This document shows positions 1 to 10,013 of a DNA stretch of 64,000 nt, piece by piece. A model generated the notes under the pieces. The model was not told the DNA's origin, made no database searches, and saw only the letters and a program-made list of their open reading frames with translations. Positions within the stretch are counted from its first letter, which is position 1, and each line of letters begins with the position of its first letter. Origin of the DNA: an uncultured virus (IMG/VR IMGVR_UViG_3300038393_001252) (lineage: Duplodnaviria > Heunggongvirae > Uroviricota > Caudoviricetes). Location: the IMG/VR virus record IMGVR_UViG_3300038393_001252; one strand, written 5' to 3'. Position numbers and translations under genes: made by a program.

Positions 1-3000
1 CCCCCTGCCACGCCTCCCCCGCCCGCAGCCAGCACCCTCGCATTCGGCCCCAACCTCAGCGGCGGCGAGTGGGCCAATGCTAGCGGCAACAGGCACCGCG
101 AGTGGCAGAGCTCACGGCCCAACATCCATTTCAGCTTCCCGCGCGCACAGGACATTGCGGTGCTGGCAGCGAGTGGGCTCAAGAAGTCCAGGCTGTGCAT
201 TAGCTGGGAAATGCTCCAACCGATCCGGAGCAGCAGCAACGCCAGCGCCACGGTGCGGAACGCTTACGGTGTGGCCACCAATGGCGCGTTCTATGAGGTG
301 TATGCGCAGTACATCGACAAGGTGCTGGACGCGCATGCCACCTACGGTATCAAGTGCATCATTGACCTGCACAATTACGGCCGCTATCGGGATTTCATTT
401 ATGACGGCAGCGGTAACGTCGCTGGGTTTGTGAACCCGGCGGATGAGCTGGTGCAGCCGTACACCACAGACCCCTCGCAGGTACGGACCTGCATTATGTC
501 CAAGGCTGTGGGCGCAACGCTCACCGTTAGCGACTTCACAGACTTCTGGACCCGCTGCGCAAACCGCTGGAAGAACCATGCGGGGTTTGGCGGGTACGGG
601 CTGATGAACGAAGTGCACGACATGCCCGCGGTGGGTGGGACGGTGGAGACGACGAACGGCAGTGAAGACTTCTCGATCTGGACCCACTTTGCCACTCAAG
701 CCTACAACGCCATCCGCGCCGTTGACCCCACGGGTACGGTGTACGTGGGCGGCAATAGCTGGTCCAGCGCCATGTCGTTTGGCACCAGCAACCCTGGCTT
801 CCCGATTGCAGGCGCCACAAACGTCATCTACGAATGCCACCTGTACCTGGACGCAGCGAGCAACGGCAATAACTTCGACTGGGACATCGAGTTCAACAAA
901 GGGTTCAGCGCCGGAGAACCAGCCGGAACGCGCATTAGCGTGGACACTGGCTGGAAGCGCCTTAAATACGCGGTCGACTGGGCTGCTGCGAACGGTGGAC
1001 AAAAGCTGTGCCTTGGTGAGGTGGGAATGCCCCTGCACCACGACAACTGGAACGAATGCTTCAAGCGCCTCATTGACTATGCTGTAAGCAACAATGTGGA
1101 GGTGCTGACGTGGATGGGTGGTAACTTCTGGGCTGGCCAGAGCTATCCTGTGAACATGACGAACGAGTGGTACCAGAACAAGACGTGCAACGCGCTTGTC
1201 ACGGGTCAGCTCCAGCGCGGTCTTGGTATCAACCAAGCTACCATCTTTGACGCTGGCCCCGGGTACGCCACCAGCGGTGCGATTACGATTGAGGTGTTTG
1301 CGCGGGGGAACCTTACCAGCCCCGTCACCCTCACAATGGCCAGCAGCAATGGTGGCACATTTAGCCCCACCAGCGTCACGCTCCCCGCCAACGTCGCTAA
1401 CCCGCGCGTCACCTACACCTTTACGCCAGGCGCGAATAGGGTGACCACAATTAGCTACAGCGGTGCAGCCCAGGTCCCGCCCGCACGCAAGGTGTATAGC
1501 TTGACGGACCCGGTGGGGTACGCCTCAACCAGCCTTAGTGACGCGGCGGCTGCCATTATTGCCAAGTACAGCGCTTGCAAATGGGAAGCGGCAGACGCAT
1601 ACGACGGGTACCTTGGCAGCGGTGCAGCGGCCGCGGCCAACGGAGGTGTGGTTAGGGCCATTGGTGATAGTGGATATGGCAGCAGCATGAATAACATCAT
1701 GGACATGCGCATCTTCCACAACTACGATACTAACATGGGTTGGTTCGTAGACACCAGGCTTGGCGTGGACACCGCTGGCAGGAAGTACGTGGACTTTAAC
1801 CAGTACGGGCGTCGGGGGTTGTGGGCTAAGAAGCGGAGGGTGGACGAGAACGGTGCTGGGTCACATCCCAACCCGCAAAGCATTGTGCCCTACTGGCTGC
1901 ACGAGCCGCACTTCACAATTGCCACCATCCGCATCCCCACTACCACGAGCATGACGGGTACTGTGTGCGCTGCAAGCGTGGCGGAAAGCACGGTGACCGA
2001 GGAGATCAACCTCAGCAACGGCGTGCCTAACGTCGTAATCCGGGGTGCCGCTGGGCAGTCCCTTAACCTCCAGGGTTCCACTCCCCTTGGCACCAATACC
2101 CCAATCGCGCTCACGCTCACCAACGTCCCCGGCACACAAGCGCTACGGGTTAATGGTACGCAGGTGGCGAGCGGGGCAGTGAATTTCAACTCCGCCCAGT
2201 TCGGTCAGCTGTTCTTTGGTGGCAACTTTTCCAACTTCTGGCCCGGTGACCCCTTCCCGGGTGGCATGTACAGCCTTATTACGGGGAAGGGAAACATTAC
2301 GACGGCAGAGCTGGCGGTGCTTGAGAACTACGCGCTGAGCGCGGCGGGGAGTGGAGCGGCGCCTGCGCCCACGCCAACACCCCCGGCACCGCCACCGAGT
2401 GGGCAAACGGCTGAGCAGTTGGCGGTGGCTGCGATTACCGCGGCTGGTGCGGGTGCGCTGTGGGACATTGGAACTAACAGCACGTTGCACGCGAACAGTG
2501 ACGGCACGGGGACGGTGAGCCCTGGAGGCCAAATTGGGCGGGTGGACGACCGGAGCGGACACGGTAACCACATGCTCTGGCCCGTGAACACAAACAGAAT
2601 GAACTACAATGTGGCGGGCGGGCTCGCTAGCGGTAGCTTCTGGATCGCTCCCAACACGTTCAACGCCCTTGGCGGTTCCACCAGCGGGTTCCTGTTCCAA
2701 ATCGCACTCAACCTGGGCGGTGGCTACTACAACGTCTTCTTCAGCGACGTCGGCGGTACCGCTAACTCTGGTCTTAAGCTGGAGTTTGACGGGGACTACG
2801 GGCAAATCTTCTTCAAGGCCGGTAAGGGCACCGGGTATATCACGGTGTCGCAGGCCTTTACGCCCGGTGTTGCTTGTGTGGTTAGCGCTTGGCACGATGG
2901 CAGCGATATCCACCTCGAGGTCAATAACGGCCCTGTTGCCAGTGCGACGGTGGGGAACATTACGGCGGGCGGTGGCCTGGTGTTTGGTTCCAACGGAGAT

Positions 3001-3123
3001 GGAAGCAGGCCGATGTACTCTGACTTCTACGGTGCGGCGCTGGTTAAGAACAGTGCGCTGACCTTGGCTGACCGCCGCAACATTATGACGTTCCTTGGAA
3101 GCCGTGCGGGGTTGAGTTTGTAG
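1..3123 (+). CDS. 5'-truncated modular glycoside hydrolase: Pro-rich linker, GH5 catalytic domain, then lectin/LamG-like beta domains; probable virion tail-tip protein
   Basis: Frame is open from base 1 (PPATPPPPAASTLAFGPNLSGGEW...). GH5 motifs IIDLHNYGRY, LMNEVH (acid/base E), YECHLY, LGEVG (nucleophile E). Second Pro linker APAPTPTPPAPPP. Confidence 0.85.
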   Translation, partial: PPATPPPPAASTLAFGPNLSGGEWANASGNRHREWQSSRPNIHFSFPRAQDIAVLAASGLKKSRLCISWEMLQPIRSSSNASATVRNAYGVATNGAFYEVYAQYIDKVLDAHATYGIKCIIDLHNYGRYRDFIYDGSGNVAGFVNPADELVQPYTTDPSQVRTCIMSKAVGATLTVSDFTDFWTRCANRWKNHAGFGGYGLMNEVHDMPAVGGTVETTNGSEDFSIWTHFATQAYNAIRAVDPTGTVYVGGNSWSSAMSFGTSNPGFPIAGATNVIYECHLYLDAASNGNNFDWDIEFNKGFSAGEPAGTRISVDTGWKRLKYAVDWAAANGGQKLCLGEVGMPLHHDNWNECFKRLIDYAVSNNVEVLTWMGGNFWAGQSYPVNMTNEWYQNKTCNALVTGQLQRGLGINQATIFDAGPGYATSGAITIEVFARGNLTSPVTLTMASSNGGTFSPTSVTLPANVANPRVTYTFTPGANRVTTISYSGAAQVPPARKVYSLTDPVGYASTSLSDAAAAIIAKYSACKWEAADAYDGYLGSGAAAAANGGVVRAIGDSGYGSSMNNIMDMRIFHNYDTNMGWFVDTRLGVDTAGRKYVDFNQYGRRGLWAKKRRVDENGAGSHPNPQSIVPYWLHEPHFTIATIRIPTTTSMTGTVCAASVAESTVTEEINLSNGVPNVVIRGAAGQSLNLQGSTPLGTNTPIALTLTNVPGTQALRVNGTQVASGAVNFNSAQFGQLFFGGNFSNFWPGDPFPGGMYSLITGKGNITTAELAVLENYALSAAGSGAAPAPTPTPPAPPPSGQTAEQLAVAAITAAGAGALWDIGTNSTLHANSDGTGTVSPGGQIGRVDDRSGHGNHMLWPVNTNRMNYNVAGGLASGSFWIAPNTFNALGGSTSGFLFQIALNLGGGYYNVFFSDVGGTANSGLKLEFDGDYGQIFFKAGKGTGYITVSQAFTPGVACVVSAWHDGSDIHLEVNNGPVASATVGNITAGGGLVFGSNGDGSRPMYSDFYGAALVKNSALTLADRRNIMTFLGSRAGLSL

Positions 3124-3253
3124 GTGGGGATGCTGGGTGCCCGTAGGTGCTTACCTACCGGCCCCAGCTTTAACAATGGGGTGGCTACCCGGCTACCGTG
3201 GGCACAGCGCTTTGAACTGTACTGGGCCAATGGTAAGGGTGCCACCCCTACTT

Positions 3254-3592
3254 TTAATGGCAGTTCGGGGAGCCTGTTCTGGGCGTCATGCCCTTGTTAA
3301 TGAACTTCACAATCTCCGCGAGTAGCTCCTGTGCTGCGCCAGCGCCAATTGCGGTTTCCACAATGTTCGCCATCAGCGCGTCGTGAACCTCCTTTAGGCG
3401 CACAAGTGCTTCTTTTTCATCTTCTGGCAAACCGACCACAGCAATGGCGTACAGGGTGTGACACCCGGTGTAGAAGCATTGGCGCAACGCACCAATGAGC
3501 TCCGGCGGGATATTCTTTTCCAGGCACGTCTCTTTAAACTTGAGCCATTCCTGTTCAATAACGCTAGGCTTTGTTGCGTCTTGCGTGTTCAT
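3254..3592 (-). CDS. hypothetical protein
   Basis: 112-aa ORF, last gene of the leftward operon. Confidence 0.7.
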   Translation of the reverse strand: MNTQDATKPSVIEQEWLKFKETCLEKNIPPELIGALRQCFYTGCHTLYAIAVVGLPEDEKEALVRLKEVHDALMANIVETAIGAGAAQELLAEIVKFINKGMTPRTGSPNCH

Positions 3593-3595
3593 TTC

Positions 3596-3898
3596 TTAGT
3601 CACACCTTTCCATTGGGGGTTTGCCATGGGCTTGGCCGCTCTCACTTGCGTGGGGCGGGCTGCACGTGCTCGTTCCAGGTTCGGTTTCGAGCTGTCCGGG
3701 AGTGCCGGTCGGGGTTTCTGGTTTCGGGACTGGCGAAGCGGGATTTTGCGCATTGTTGTAAGTGTTGTGGACCGTTGAGTTGGTGTGGTAATCGTCGTTG
3801 TCATCACCTCCGCCGCAGGCGCTAAGTACCAAGGTCATAGATGCGAGCAGTGCTGTCAGGGCGCAAAGCGTTGTCGAGTTGTGCTTTGAGATCTTCAT
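3596..3898 (-). CDS. putative lipoprotein
   Basis: Basic N-terminus, hydrophobic stretch, lipobox LSA-C followed by GGG, Pro/Thr-rich tail. Confidence 0.6.
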   Translation of the reverse strand: MKISKHNSTTLCALTALLASMTLVLSACGGGDDNDDYHTNSTVHNTYNNAQNPASPVPKPETPTGTPGQLETEPGTSTCSPPHASESGQAHGKPPMERCD

Positions 3899-4187
3899 TT
3901 TCCATCATCAGTTTCAAGTAACTGGATTTAGGCAGCACAACCATTTCCGGTTCTGCGCCCACGATGCGGAGTTCAACCGCCAAGCCACGGACGTCGACGT
4001 CAACCATCGACAACCGCTGCACTTGCATTTCTGTGAGCATGCGGACATGGACGCCGTGTTCCTGTACCTGCACACCTTCGATGACCCAGAGGCGGTTGCC
4101 AATGAGGTCTTCGTATTCCCTGGGCTTCGCGTCATACCGCCCGTCAGTAACGAGCTCCACGTAAAACCCTCTCTTTGATCTAGGCAC
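3822..4187 (-). CDS. hypothetical protein
   Basis: GTG start at 4187 with GGAG upstream, overlapping the previous stop. Confidence 0.6.
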   Translation of the reverse strand: MPRSKRGFYVELVTDGRYDAKPREYEDLIGNRLWVIEGVQVQEHGVHVRMLTEMQVQRLSMVDVDVRGLAVELRIVGAEPEMVVLPKSSYLKLMMENEDLKAQLDNALRPDSTARIYDLGT

Positions 4188-4500
4188 GGCTTCGTTCTCC
4201 CGTCTGTTGCAATTCAAAAAGTTTCTGGCAATTGTTCGCCAAGTACGCCTGTACAATGTGCTCCCGCAATTCGTCCAATTCCATTTTGCCTTGCAGCACC
4301 TGCGTAATCATTGGTACGAGGTCCAACCTCTTAGCCACATCGTCTACGATTTCGTTGACGTGGCCGCGAAGCGTGGTGCAGTTTGGGTCCAGTTTGCTGT
4401 AGACTGGAAGGGTGTTGGGCCCAGTTCTGGTTGGTGAAAATGCAAGCGTGGCCTCATCGTGCAGCTTGCAATAGAACTTCATAAACGGATCTGGCATCAC
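4180..4500 (-). CDS. hypothetical protein
   Basis: 106-aa ORF with AAGGAG RBS and an upstream TATAAT. Confidence 0.7.
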   Translation of the reverse strand: MMPDPFMKFYCKLHDEATLAFSPTRTGPNTLPVYSKLDPNCTTLRGHVNEIVDDVAKRLDLVPMITQVLQGKMELDELREHIVQAYLANNCQKLFELQQTGERSRA

Positions 4501-4536
4501 AACGTAGCTCCTTGCGGTTTGGTTGGTTGGTGCTTA

Positions 4537-4542
4537 ATTATA
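4537..4542 (-). promoter_or_regulatory. -10 box TATAAT (the same TATAATTA context occurs at 15572 and 22879)
   Basis: Perfect -10 hexamer in an intergenic gap upstream of an RBS. Confidence 0.5.
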
Positions 4543-4564
4543 ACGCACGTTGCTTTGGATGGCT

Positions 4565-6562
4565 CTAGGAGTAACCTACTAGTGTTAAAATTTCCTCAGC
4601 CTCTCTTACATACCATTCGTAATCAACATCGGCTGGGAATTCCGCTGGGAGCTCCATGCAGGGTTTCGCACCGTCTGTCTTCGGCACCTTATTCCCTGTC
4701 TTCGCACTCACAATTTCTGGTTGCTTCTCTGTGCTGTAGTACCACCGCGCAGCTTTAGCCAAATATTCACCACCGCAGACAGCACCACCACTGACGTTCC
4801 GAACAGAAACAAACTTGGTGAAATCTCTGCAGCCATAGATAGTAGTACGAACTGGAACACCAGCAGCCAGCAGCTCGTACACGGCGTCCACACATATGGT
4901 CCCAGCCGGATTTTTCTTGAGTCTGTCGCTCGGGTCCTTTGCGCTAGCATGCCACGGGTTTGCATACACTCCCTTTCCTTTCACACCGCCGTCCTTTTTC
5001 TTGACAGCAATGTAGTTGTTCACATCCTTCAGCGCCATCAACGCGTACTCAGTCTCTTCTGTCTTAAACTGTGTCACCGCCTCCCAATGCTTAACCACAG
5101 CTCTAAACGCCTCCAGTTTCGTTTCATGCACCTTCACCGCAATACCGTCCGTGTTGGCGCTAATGACTTCAAAGCCGTACATTTCCAGCATCTCGATTAG
5201 CATTAACAGGGAGAGCTGGCCGGAGATGGTGACCTGCATTAGGAGGTCTGGGGCGTAGAACAGGCTAAAGCAGTTACCCAGCTTGCCAAAGGTGCCGTTA
5301 ATGGTAATCTTGAGCGAGTCCGCCGTGGTCTTGTCCCCTGCGTGCTTTGCTTGCAGGCGCCGTTGCACAATGCGGTCAAACACCCGCAGAAACGCTTCAC
5401 CTAAGTGCTGCGGGAACAGGCGCTGGTTAAGCATAATGCGCGGGTAGTAGGACTCCACGTCCACGTCAAATATCTTGTACCCGCCTTCTGCCCGGTGGCA
5501 CACGCTCTTTTCATTGCTGTGCAACCCACCAATGCCCATTGTGTAGGTGGCTTTACCGATGCTGACCTTAAGACCCTTGAGCTCAGGAGGTGTGGTTATG
5601 TCCCCGCCACCGTCAATAACGAACATGCAGCGGCGCACCACGTCCAGGACTTCCCGCATATACGGAGTCTGGAACTGCATGTAGGAGGGGACCTTATAGT
5701 AGTGGACGTTCCCCGGTATAACCTCAGCGCGCCGTGCCCGCGTGCGGGTAAGGTTAAACAGCTCCTCGCTAATCACAGCCTCGGCAACCTGCGCGTCACT
5801 CTTGCTTCGCAAGTCCACGCCAATTTCTGCGCTCATTACCCGTCGCAACCGCTGCTGTTCCTCAAGCGCTGCGTCCAGCCACTTTGTCTGCACCAAGTCA
5901 TTCACGCAGTACCAGCGCACAATGTCCTTCTGGTCTTCGCTTAGCGGCATGTTCGGGTTTACCGGCAAGTCCTGCATGCGCGGTACATGGATGCGGCCAC
6001 CGTAGGCTTTAAGACCAGAGAACCCAGGAGAAACTTCCTTTAGGTCCACATGGTCAATCTTCAGCCTCTTCAGCTTGTGCGCCTTCAACAAGTCACTCGG
6101 GTTCTCGTCATAGACAACGATCGCGTCGCTCATGCGTTTTAGTTCCTGGTTAGGGAACCCGGCCATGAAAAACGACAGCATGGGCATGTCATACCACCAG
6201 CTATTGAACCCCTTGATACAGAAGTTCTGCAATATCCAGTTCAGCTGCCGCATATCTGGATACAGGTCAAAGTCTGGTGCGAGCTCGAAGTCAATGACCT
6301 TCCAGCTCCGCTTTGACATAAAGGCTACTTGGAAGTAATTCGAATAACACTCAATATCAAAAAGGAGCTCCCCGGTAGCTTCCGCCGCCAGGTCATGCCA
6401 CGTAAACTGGTCGACAGGGAAGCGCCGTGCCATCTCCAGCCCAGGCAGGTAATCTGGGCGCTCCCACACCCGCTCGGGCGGTGTGCGTTTAGGTGCTTCC
6501 AGCTTCGGTGGCTTGGGAACAGGAGCATCGTTCCAAAAGAAGCCTACTGCGTCACGCCTCAT
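4565..6562 (-). CDS. family B DNA polymerase
   Basis: Exonuclease FDIECY, motif A DVESYYP, motif B KITINGTFG, motif C SANTDG. Confidence 0.92.
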   Translation of the reverse strand: MRRDAVGFFWNDAPVPKPPKLEAPKRTPPERVWERPDYLPGLEMARRFPVDQFTWHDLAAEATGELLFDIECYSNYFQVAFMSKRSWKVIDFELAPDFDLYPDMRQLNWILQNFCIKGFNSWWYDMPMLSFFMAGFPNQELKRMSDAIVVYDENPSDLLKAHKLKRLKIDHVDLKEVSPGFSGLKAYGGRIHVPRMQDLPVNPNMPLSEDQKDIVRWYCVNDLVQTKWLDAALEEQQRLRRVMSAEIGVDLRSKSDAQVAEAVISEELFNLTRTRARRAEVIPGNVHYYKVPSYMQFQTPYMREVLDVVRRCMFVIDGGGDITTPPELKGLKVSIGKATYTMGIGGLHSNEKSVCHRAEGGYKIFDVDVESYYPRIMLNQRLFPQHLGEAFLRVFDRIVQRRLQAKHAGDKTTADSLKITINGTFGKLGNCFSLFYAPDLLMQVTISGQLSLLMLIEMLEMYGFEVISANTDGIAVKVHETKLEAFRAVVKHWEAVTQFKTEETEYALMALKDVNNYIAVKKKDGGVKGKGVYANPWHASAKDPSDRLKKNPAGTICVDAVYELLAAGVPVRTTIYGCRDFTKFVSVRNVSGGAVCGGEYLAKAARWYYSTEKQPEIVSAKTGNKVPKTDGAKPCMELPAEFPADVDYEWYVREAEEILTLVGYS

Positions 6563-6774
6563 GATTTGATATCCACCCTGCCACTATTAAGGTCGACGCC
6601 AATGTACGAAGCCTTGCGAGTTTCTTCCTGCCACACTGGCAAACCAATATTACGCAGGTATAGACGGTATTCAAGCTTTTCCGTGTCAATCATTGTGACC
6701 AGTTCAACACGAAAACCGTCAATATAGATTTCTTTAACCCCACTGCCTTCAACAGTTCCAACTTCGATTCTCAT
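6559..6774 (-). CDS. hypothetical protein
   Basis: 71-aa ORF with 4-nt overlaps on both sides. Confidence 0.7.
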   Translation of the reverse strand: MRIEVGTVEGSGVKEIYIDGFRVELVTMIDTEKLEYRLYLRNIGLPVWQEETRKASYIGVDLNSGRVDIKS

Positions 6775-7724
6775 ATGTGCATCCCCACAATAGCACCCCT
6801 CCAGCGTTCCCCCTGGAAGTAACAGGGTTTGGGCCAGTGCGTCATATCCGCATACGGCGCGAGCCCCTTAAGGCGCATGAACATATCATAATTGAACAGC
6901 CCCTGCATGTTCATGCCTGGGACCTCGATGCTGGTGCCTTCGCTTGGGTCAAATTCCGTATGCACCCGGTCACCAGTAAAGTACACCCGCCCAGCCTTGT
7001 CCACAAACCGCTTGAGCCCCTGCACAGCTTCAAACACCGTCTGGTCAAACTCCACCGCGTTCCATTGCTTTTCAATGATGCGGTCCAGGTCAGGCCAGTC
7101 AGCGGGTAGCAGTGTGGTTATAAGATAGCGGTGATTACCGTAATGGAAGGTGAGTGTGTTGTCTGCCAGCTGCGCAGAAGTTGGGGCTTCCCCGATCCGT
7201 AGCATCTCCCGCACAGCAGAACCGGGTACGTTAACCACATGCCCAAAGTCTTGCCCGAGCCAGTATTGCACGAGCACGACGTTACACGTCGCAAACGCGA
7301 ACCCTTGCTTAAGGAGAATACCTGCCTGCCAGGGCCTTGCTGCATCGTCGCCGATGACATCTTCTAGCCTCCTAAATGCTTCGAGTAGCGCTTCACCATC
7401 GATTTCAAACTCCACTCCGGTTGGTTCCGGGTGCAGTGTGGTCTCTTCAATGCACGGTACCAGCGCTCGAAATCTTCCTGATTTAACTCCCAGCTTTCCC
7501 CCGGGAGTCTGGTATAGCGAGACAGCTTCTTCGCAGCTCTCGATCGCGCGGAAGAGCGTCTCAGCTTGCGGATTGCAATCAATATCAAAAGCAACTGGAC
7601 TGCTAAGACAGAGATTGCCATTAAAAGCCCAAATTCTGCCATCTTTAATTTTGAAGTGTTTCATTTGCGGTACCAAGTCTTTCTTGGCCACCGCGCCCAT
7701 TACGAACTTTAACTCGGTTAGCAT
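6771..7724 (-). CDS. DNA polymerase sliding clamp (beta-subunit-like)
   Basis: 317 aa, three-domain clamp pattern (LLPADWPDLDRII), next to the polymerase. Confidence 0.75.
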   Translation of the reverse strand: MLTELKFVMGAVAKKDLVPQMKHFKIKDGRIWAFNGNLCLSSPVAFDIDCNPQAETLFRAIESCEEAVSLYQTPGGKLGVKSGRFRALVPCIEETTLHPEPTGVEFEIDGEALLEAFRRLEDVIGDDAARPWQAGILLKQGFAFATCNVVLVQYWLGQDFGHVVNVPGSAVREMLRIGEAPTSAQLADNTLTFHYGNHRYLITTLLPADWPDLDRIIEKQWNAVEFDQTVFEAVQGLKRFVDKAGRVYFTGDRVHTEFDPSEGTSIEVPGMNMQGLFNYDMFMRLKGLAPYADMTHWPKPCYFQGERWRGAIVGMHI

Positions 7725-7893
7725 TTCTTTTCTCCGCTCTGACCTTCTTCATTACCAACTGACGGAGTTGCAGTAGTTCCTCCTGCCGCACCGCACGCGT
7801 GCACCACTCGCACATCCCCTGCGTCATGTAATGTGGGTTGACGTTGGCGTTGCACCTAGAACAGCTCTTGAACTTGTCTTTGGAACATTTCAT
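7645..7893 (-). CDS. small CxxC-CxxC zinc-finger protein
   Basis: CSRC...CEWC; fills the gap between dpdA and the clamp but overlaps both. Confidence 0.4.
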   Translation of the reverse strand: MKCSKDKFKSCSRCNANVNPHYMTQGMCEWCTRAVRQEELLQLRQLVMKKVRAEKRNANRVKVRNGRGGQERLGTANETLQN

Positions 7894-8779
7894 AATTGCA
7901 CCTCGCGTTCAGCATTGCGTTTATGACTCCAAAAGCCCACAGGTTGTACGCCGCGCGACTCTCGTACACAGTGCTCAACCGTTCGTAAGAGAAGCCTTGC
8001 TTTTCCAACATCTGCAACACGTAGTCCTGCTCTATCTGGGTCAGAGTAGAAATATGCTGGCCGTAGTCGTGAATGCTGGGAGACTTCTCTGACACGGTAA
8101 GGGGGCCGTGCTCCGGTGTAACAATAGTCCCAAAGGCCGCTGACTGGATCCACGACGAAGAGTCGCAGGAATACCACGGGTACCGCTCCATAAGTGGAAT
8201 CGACGTAATGCCGAAGCCATGGACTTTGACACGTGGCCGCCCAGAACCATCCACGAGGTATCGGTCCCACACCCTGTCCAGCCACACCTGCAATTGCTTC
8301 GTCGAGCTCCCTACCATGCCACCGAGGGTGATGTAGTCGTAGCGCCGCACGTACCATTCTAAGTATCTTTCATCCTCCCCGGCGTGGAAACAAGGGAGTG
8401 GCTTCGCGCCAAGTTCTTCCATTATGTGTTGGTTCCGCCACGTCTCCAACGGGTCTCCGATTCCGTCAAGTACCGATGCCATGACGGTCCCATCCTCCAC
8501 GCGTATGATGTCGCGGTTCCGTTTGATATACTCACAATACTCGGCAATATCAATTTTGATACCAAGCGTGTAAGCCGAGAACGCACCGGAGTCCACAAAT
8601 ATCTGCGCAGCATTCGCCCGCATGTGGTCAACAAACACTTGCTTACCGACATAGTGATAGGACTCCAGAATATGCGGAATGCTGCGTACCAACGACTGCT
8701 CATGCTCGTTCAGCTTCACCCACCTGTTTTGACCGGGCATGTAGCTGTTAGAGAAAACGGCCGCGGTGAAGATGTTCAT
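7856..8779 (-). CDS. dpdA: DpdA, DNA 7-deazaguanine transglycosylase (TGT-like)
   Basis: FVDSGAFS, ITLGGMV, VHGFG, SCDSSSW; adjacent to folE/queD/queC/queE. Confidence 0.85.
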   Translation of the reverse strand: MNIFTAAVFSNSYMPGQNRWVKLNEHEQSLVRSIPHILESYHYVGKQVFVDHMRANAAQIFVDSGAFSAYTLGIKIDIAEYCEYIKRNRDIIRVEDGTVMASVLDGIGDPLETWRNQHIMEELGAKPLPCFHAGEDERYLEWYVRRYDYITLGGMVGSSTKQLQVWLDRVWDRYLVDGSGRPRVKVHGFGITSIPLMERYPWYSCDSSSWIQSAAFGTIVTPEHGPLTVSEKSPSIHDYGQHISTLTQIEQDYVLQMLEKQGFSYERLSTVYESRAAYNLWAFGVINAMLNARCNYEMFQRQVQELF

Positions 8780-8988
8780 TCTTCCTCCCAGATGCGTTTC
8801 CAGCCTTCCCCTTCAACGTAATAATGCGTAGCGCAAAATGTCGCAACGGAAAACAGACTGTCTCCCGGACAAGCAACAACCCATTCGTTATCTGATTTAT
8901 ACGCTACGGCACCAGAACGTCGAGGTGCGGGAGGTAAGTCCTGCTGTTCCATACCCTGTATTCTAAACGGTGGCCGCGGTGGTAGCAA
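8776..8988 (-). CDS. hypothetical protein (start may be ~8952)
   Basis: Stop overlaps the dpdA start (ATGA). Confidence 0.5.
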   Translation of the reverse strand: MLPPRPPFRIQGMEQQDLPPAPRRSGAVAYKSDNEWVVACPGDSLFSVATFCATHYYVEGEGWKRIWEEE

Positions 8989-9559
8989 GACGTAGAAACT
9001 CGCTACGTGTCTGGTGTTCGTCCTTGATGGCGCCCCGCAGTGCCACCGTTACGGTGTGGTGACCCTGTTGACAGATGCCTCGACTTTCCATGCACATATG
9101 GCGGGCTCGTACCAGCACTCCAACCCCAATTGGCTGCAGATGTTCGTTAATTGCGTCAGCAATTTGGTCCGTGAGGCGCTCCTGGACCTGGAGGCGTCTT
9201 GCAAACGCGTCTGCAACTCTCGACAACTTGCTAAGACCGACAATCTTTCCGTTCGGAATGTACGCAATCGTTGCCGTGCCAAAGATGTCCGCAAGGTGGT
9301 GCTCGCATTTAGAATAGATAGGGATGTCCTTGACGAGTACCATTTGGTCATAGCTCTTGCCTCCGTCTTCGAATTGCTTGAACAGCCCGGGGACATCCAC
9401 ATGGTACCCGCTGCACCAATGGCGCCAGGCTTTGACCACACGGGAGGGCGTTTCGTCTAGCCCCTCCCGCCCAAACGTCTCCGGCTCCACCATCTCAAGC
9501 AACTCCAGGATGGTGAGTTCGTGGTCGCTGTAAATGCGTTCAGCTTTTTCAATCGACAT
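8963..9559 (-). CDS. folE: GTP cyclohydrolase I
   Basis: REGLDETPSRV, CEHH, GLSKLSR, RRLQVQERLT, HMCMESRG; start re-set to MSIEK with GGAG RBS. Confidence 0.95.
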   Translation of the reverse strand: MSIEKAERIYSDHELTILELLEMVEPETFGREGLDETPSRVVKAWRHWCSGYHVDVPGLFKQFEDGGKSYDQMVLVKDIPIYSKCEHHLADIFGTATIAYIPNGKIVGLSKLSRVADAFARRLQVQERLTDQIADAINEHLQPIGVGVLVRARHMCMESRGICQQGHHTVTVALRGAIKDEHQTRSEFLRLATTAATV

Positions 9560-10013
9560 TCGTACGCTCCATGTAGACTGCACTATTGGCGCCGTGCTCC
9601 CTAACTTCAACGCTCACCAGCTTCACGCGGTCACCGTCCGGTGTGTACTCCAGCCAGTGTGCTACCCAATTGTTGATATGCTGCGCAAACGCCTCACAAC
9701 CAACACTGGGCAGAACGGTGAGCTGGATTAGCTTGCGCTGGCTAAGATCCAGAAACGTGTTAAGCTCCGGATCGTCCGCTGCTACTACAGTGTGGTGATC
9801 AAAGGTACGCTTGAGGAAGTCCTTAACCTCCCCCAGCGCGCCAAAGTCCATGACCCAATTGCGTGAGTCAAGTTTTTCCGCACCAAACACCAGTCTCACG
9901 CTAAGCGCATACCCGTGCAGGTACTGGCAGTGGCTATGCTTAGCGCGCCATTGGCGGAAGGCGCAGCTGAGGCCGACTTCATGGCCGTAGGTCTTTGTGC
10001 TGTAGTGTTTCAT
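9549..10013 (-). CDS. queD: 6-carboxy-5,6,7,8-tetrahydropterin synthase
   Basis: HCQYLHGY, VMDFG, FDH, VEVRE; start re-set to MKHYSTK (ATGA overlap). Confidence 0.92.
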   Translation of the reverse strand: MKHYSTKTYGHEVGLSCAFRQWRAKHSHCQYLHGYALSVRLVFGAEKLDSRNWVMDFGALGEVKDFLKRTFDHHTVVAADDPELNTFLDLSQRKLIQLTVLPSVGCEAFAQHINNWVAHWLEYTPDGDRVKLVSVEVREHGANSAVYMERTNVD

